From: Octopus vulgaris
Lineage: Eukaryota
Direction of reading: 5' to 3'
NCBI GenBank assembly: GCA_951406725.2
Contig: OX597835.1
Span: 47,616,001-47,680,000, forward strand
Length of the DNA stretch: 64,000 bases
Shown here: piece after piece, positions 58,303 through 64,000 of the stretch
How positions within the stretch are numbered: the first letter of the stretch is position 1
How the letters are laid out: every line of letters starts with the position of its first letter
The notes under the pieces: generated by a model
Database searches by the model: none
What the model was told of the DNA's origin: nothing
What the model saw: only the letters and a program-made list of their open reading frames with translations
Position numbers and translations under genes: made by a program

Positions 58303-59497
58303 CGATGATGATGATGATGATGATAATAAGGGCGTCACAACAAACCACTGCACATACCTAAGGCACATAGAGCTGCGCTCGGTTGTGCAGTGTAAGCACG
58401 GGATGACACTAAGACTACTGAATAATAAAAATAATAATAAGGATGATGATTTCAAACACCAGTTTTTGCAGGGATGGGAAGTTGATCAGATCAGCTTCAT
58501 TACTTGACTGGTATTTATTTTATGGAGCAGAAAAGGATGAAAGACAGAGTCGGCCACGGAGGAAACCTAGCCTGCTATATTCTTAGGTCAACAAAACTTC
58601 CTTTCTGTCGCATAACGCATTCTACATATTCTAAAAAGTACGAACCCTTATAAAACCCCCCACGTAGCTAAATGGTACAACGCATCACTTAGGAAATGTC
58701 TGCCAATTAAAAGAACACAACAAACAATGCTCTCCTCTATGATAATAGTCTTGTGGTTCTTCACGGTGATCAGAGCCTCGATAACTGTGCAGACCCCAGA
58801 TTAGCGCACATTATTGCGGTTTACATTGGCTTTGACAGCCACAAATATTAAGCATATCTGATCCTGCTGCGCAAGATCTATCCAGGCAATGATGGCGCCG
58901 AAGTTTCTGATGCTAAGTGGCTGTTGCTTTTGCGGCCCAACTCTGTGCGCATGTGTGCAAGGCCTTCCCCGCTCGGTTTCATTTTGCTCATCATCATCAT
59001 CGTCGTCGTCGTCGTCTTCACCGTATTGTCGGCACAGCAGGAGAATGACATGGGTGGTCACGGCTAGAAAGTCTTTGCTCTTAGATTTTATTTTCATTTC
59101 TGATGTTTGTTGCTTCTACTTTGTTGATGGTGCTCTTGTACTTCTAGCATCAATCGTTGCTCTAGATGTTGTTGTTGCTGTTGCTGTTGTTGATGGTGGT
59201 GGTGGTGGGTAGTGACAGTAAACTCATCTAAATTGATCACCCGTTTAATCACTGTTCCACTTAACAGAAGAATCGTTCGTCGTTTCCATTTTGAGTTTCA
59301 TCGAATTTCTTTTTCTCAAAAAATGACGTGCAAATAGTAAAAACATAAAACTATTCGCACCAAAGCCCGATCAATCTGCCACTCCTCTTTCCCCTACCCC
59401 CTGCCTCCACACACTCTCTCCCCCTTTCCACATATACATATATAAATACAGGCACACACACACACGCATACATACACGCATAACACACGCACACACA

Positions 59498-59529
<32 letters not shown>

Positions 59530-59611
59530 CTTACACGTATATGCATGTATATATATATATATATCTAATTGTTTGTACGTATGTATCTACCTAACTCTAT
59601 ATACGCATATA

Positions 59612-59677
<66 letters not shown>

Positions 59678-60393
59678 CATACACACACGCACACACACAA
59701 GCACACATACACACACACATATATCTATATATATATATATATATATGCACACGCACATGCACACACACATATATCAATATACACATGCATTTACGCTTAT
59801 ACACACACAAACATACGCACTCACACCTAAACACACCCGCGTATATATTCAATTCTCAATTTATTTCGGAAAACCAATCGTTACAAAGAATGTGTGTTAG
59901 GTTTTTCGGAATTAAAATTCCTCTCAATATTCTTGGACCCTTCTCTTTCCCCACATCACTCCTCACCTTACAATTCTCAAGATGGCACTTTTAATTTCTT
60001 CGCTTCCTTCATTCCAGTTTGATTTCCAAAATATTTCCTTCATAGAGTTTATATTGCTTTATTTTAATTTTCGATTAAAAAAAAAAATTCTGTTATCTAA
60101 ATTTCGTAATTTTGTTAACAATATTACTTTTCCCAAACTTTACTATTATTATAATATTTTTTCAGAAAAATTTTTACATGGAATTTGATTTTCTCTGACT
60201 ACAAATAATAATAATTCATGCTGTGTACGCTCTTCATCAGGAAATAATAGGGACAGAAAGAATAAAAGATTTTTAATTAGGTAAACAATCTATTTAAATA
60301 AAGATATAAGTAAATTGATAAATAGCGAGCTACAAAAGATAAGTAGAATACTTCGGGACGTATGAATGTGTATAAGTGCAATTTGTATATGAG

Positions 60394-60394
60394 A

Positions 60395-60427
<33 letters not shown>

Positions 60428-60466
60428 CGTGTGTGTGTGTTTGTGTGTGTATGTGTGTGTGTGTAT

Positions 60467-60549
<83 letters not shown>

Positions 60550-60556
60550 GTGTTTG

Positions 60557-60592
<36 letters not shown>

Positions 60593-60674
60593 TGTGTTTG
60601 TGTGTGTGTGTGTCTGTTTCTGTGTGTGTTTGTGTGTGTGTGTGTGTGTGTATTTGTGTTTGTGTGTTTGTATT

Positions 60675-60706
<32 letters not shown>

Positions 60707-60712
60707 TGTGTT

Positions 60713-60751
<39 letters not shown>

Positions 60752-60752
60752 T
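60394..60752. repeat. (TG)n tract
   Basis: Direct reading. Confidence 0.95.
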
Positions 60753-61352
60753 TGTCTTTCATGAAGTGTATTATAAAGTAAATGAAAGTTTGTATTTAAT
60801 ATGTTTGTATGCAACACACAATTTTCTATTAGTTTCCATCCGTGTTTTTCTTGTGTTTTTTAATTTTTTTTTTTTTGAAAGTATAAACGAATCTTATCAT
60901 GACTAAAGTGCGATAATTACTTTGTGTGAATGTATGTGTTTGTGTGTGTGTGTGTGTGAGAAAGAGAGAGAGAGAAAATATGCATGTATGTATATGCATG
61001 TATATATATATATATGTATATTTATCCATTTGATAACATTAAGTGAGAAGGTCTCACAGGGCTATGCATGTATATACAGACTACATATAAGTGTGTGTGT
61101 ATACATGTATTTATAAATATTATGCAGACACATACGTACAAATGCGCCTTTCTCTGTCATCCTCTTTCTCCATATATACACACATGTATTTATGCGTGTG
61201 TGTGTGTGCCATGTGTGCGTGTGCGAAGTGTGTGTTCGTACGTACGTATGTATGTATGTATGTATGTATGTATGTATGTATGTATGTATGTATGTATGTA
61301 TGTATGTATGTATGTATGTATGTATGTATGTATGTATGCATGTATGTATGTA

Positions 61353-61405
<53 letters not shown>

Positions 61406-62127
61406 AGAGAGAGATAAATAGATACACACACACATACAGATATACATACATGCATATGTGTATACATAAGCACACAAACATACATACATACATACATACG
61501 TATATATATACTCAAAACACCATATGCATTATGGTGTGCAGAAGCTCGTGAAAATAATTTCAGGAAGGGTTATTTAAGTGCAAAACTGCGAAATATGTCT
61601 TTCTCACGAAAATACATTCCACCATTGATATCCAAATGCTGTATAGTGAGAGCACGATTTCAATTCTTAAACGGAATCTATTCATTTGTAACTGTTTGAT
61701 TTCATGTGTAGAATCTAATGAAATCATTGAATATTAAATCTTCTCTCTGTCCCTTTTTCTTTGACCCTCTCTCCCCGTCTCCCCTTGAATTTTCACCTGT
61801 TATTCTTATAAAGGGGCACTGAAATGTTGGGTGAAAGAGAATACCGGAGGATCAGTTAATTATGATTTTATTCGTCGTATTCCCCCCTCTGATTCACTCT
61901 CTTGTTGCAGCAGTCCTTCAGTTTTTCTAAGTCCTGTAAAAGAGCTTGGAAAGTTGCACTTCCAACCAAGCCTTTTACGGTACCCTCAAAGCCAGGAACT
62001 TTCAAGCACCCTTTCGTATAATTCTACGTTCTTCGTCCAAGCATAAAGGTGAAGGTGCTGACTTGTTATGTCATGGTTGGCCGACCACTAGATTTCTCCA
62101 ATGTAATATAACTTACTATTTATACAA

Positions 62128-62209
62128 TTCTTCTTCTTCTTCTTCTTCTTCTTCTTCTTCTTCTTCTTCTTCTTCTTCTTCTTCTTCTTCTTCTTCTTCT
62201 TCTTCATCT

Positions 62210-62248
<39 letters not shown>

Positions 62249-62290
62249 CCTCCTTCTTCTTCTTCTTCTTCTTCTTCTTCTTCTTCTTCT

Positions 62291-62361
<71 letters not shown>

Positions 62362-62495
62362 TTCTTCTTTTTCTCACTCTCCTCCTCGTCCTCACCGTCC
62401 TCGACCACCTCCTGTTTCTTCTTCTTGTTCTCCCCCTGCCTTCCCCGTTCCGCCTCCTCTTCCTTCTCCTCTTTCTCCTCCTCCTCCTCCTCCTC
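62128..62495. repeat. (TTC)n/(TCC)n polypyrimidine tract
   Basis: Direct reading. Confidence 0.95.
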
Positions 62496-62913
62496 TTAAA
62501 CTCATGCATTAACAAAATACGATGTCACACACAACAACCACACACACCCTGTCTACCATTTATCTACAGAAAATGCAAGGCTCAACCGAATAACTATAGC
62601 AAAATAGCCCCAGATAAAACGACAAAAAGAAAAGAAAAAAACAAACAATAGAGCACCAAAACAACTTTGAAAAAGACCTGTACAACAAAAGAGTAATAAA
62701 TGTTACATAAATATAAACAGTAAAAAAGGAAGGGAAATACCCAATAAATAAATAAATAAATAAACAAATAAACAAGAAACAATCTTCCGGTGTAGTTTTG
62801 TGTTCAGTCCAAGTTGTCTTAATGTTCACCGAAACAGATTCGTTATTTTGACAAACCAAGAAAAAAGACCCCCAAAAAGATACACCAGAGCACCATATAT
62901 ACATGCATGCATG

Positions 62914-62996
<83 letters not shown>

Positions 62997-63113
62997 CTTC
63001 TTTTTATAATTATATGTATATATATATAAATGTTCGCATATATATTTATATGTATGAATATTTGTATATATATGTATATAAGTATATATATGCATATGCA
63101 TCTATATGTAAGC

Positions 63114-63211
<98 letters not shown>

Positions 63212-63444
63212 ATGTACGTATATGAATATATTTCGCTGGATGTGTTTATATACTATCATGCTTCAGAATTACTGTGCAAGAATCTATCATAGTATTATTG
63301 TATAAATCCCTGCCTTACAATCGTGTTATTCCCAGTTGACATCTGGAATTACAACAAATACACACACACACACACACACATACATAAACTTTCGCATAAA
63401 TCTATTCTCATAGATAGATACATATATATGTATATATCTGTATG

Positions 63445-63509
<65 letters not shown>

Positions 63510-63615
63510 TAAATACATATGCATATATACATACATATAAATACAAATATATATATGATATAAATATACTTATGTATAAACACACATATGCAGAGCATAT
63601 GTATGCACACACATT

Positions 63616-63818
<203 letters not shown>

Positions 63819-64000
63819 ACACACGCATACACACACACACACATAATGTGGCTTCACGCTTAGAAGCACAATCGCATATCGATATGAGCATACAAATGTA
63901 TGTCCAGTATTGTTATGTTTTTTTGTTGTTGTCCTTGTTGTTGACCTTCTGTCCGCCCTTTAGACCTTCGTTGTGCGCTGTATCTTTTCTGTCAGATTCG

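Noticed and set aside
58801-59212. Overlapping 98-aa and 107-aa ORFs in unique sequence
   Set aside because: No recognisable domain, partly repeat-derived, no convincing splice signals.

Overview
AT-rich, microsatellite-saturated eukaryotic DNA, very probably an Octopus genome (dozens of copies resembling the octopus tRNA-derived OK and OR SINE families; taxon inferred from repeat recognition, no search run). No host protein-coding exon could be supported, so this is intergenic DNA or a large intron; almost all ORF-track entries are microsatellite translations. Real coding signal is limited to transposon relics: RTE, CR1-group, Tx1/L1, R4/Dong and Penelope retroelements, and Tc1/mariner transposases. 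There are also Helitron ends, MITEs and a tRNA-Glu pseudogene. The most interesting signal is RNA-structural. Two ~450-500 nt non-coding units (10013-10539, 19029-19495) each have short terminal redundancy and a complete type I hammerhead ribozyme, an architecture expected of retrozyme-like elements copied from circular RNA. About ten further minimal or decayed hammerhead motifs, several long hairpins, a LINE/SINE shared 3' stem-loop and apparent microsatellite-targeted insertions are also present.
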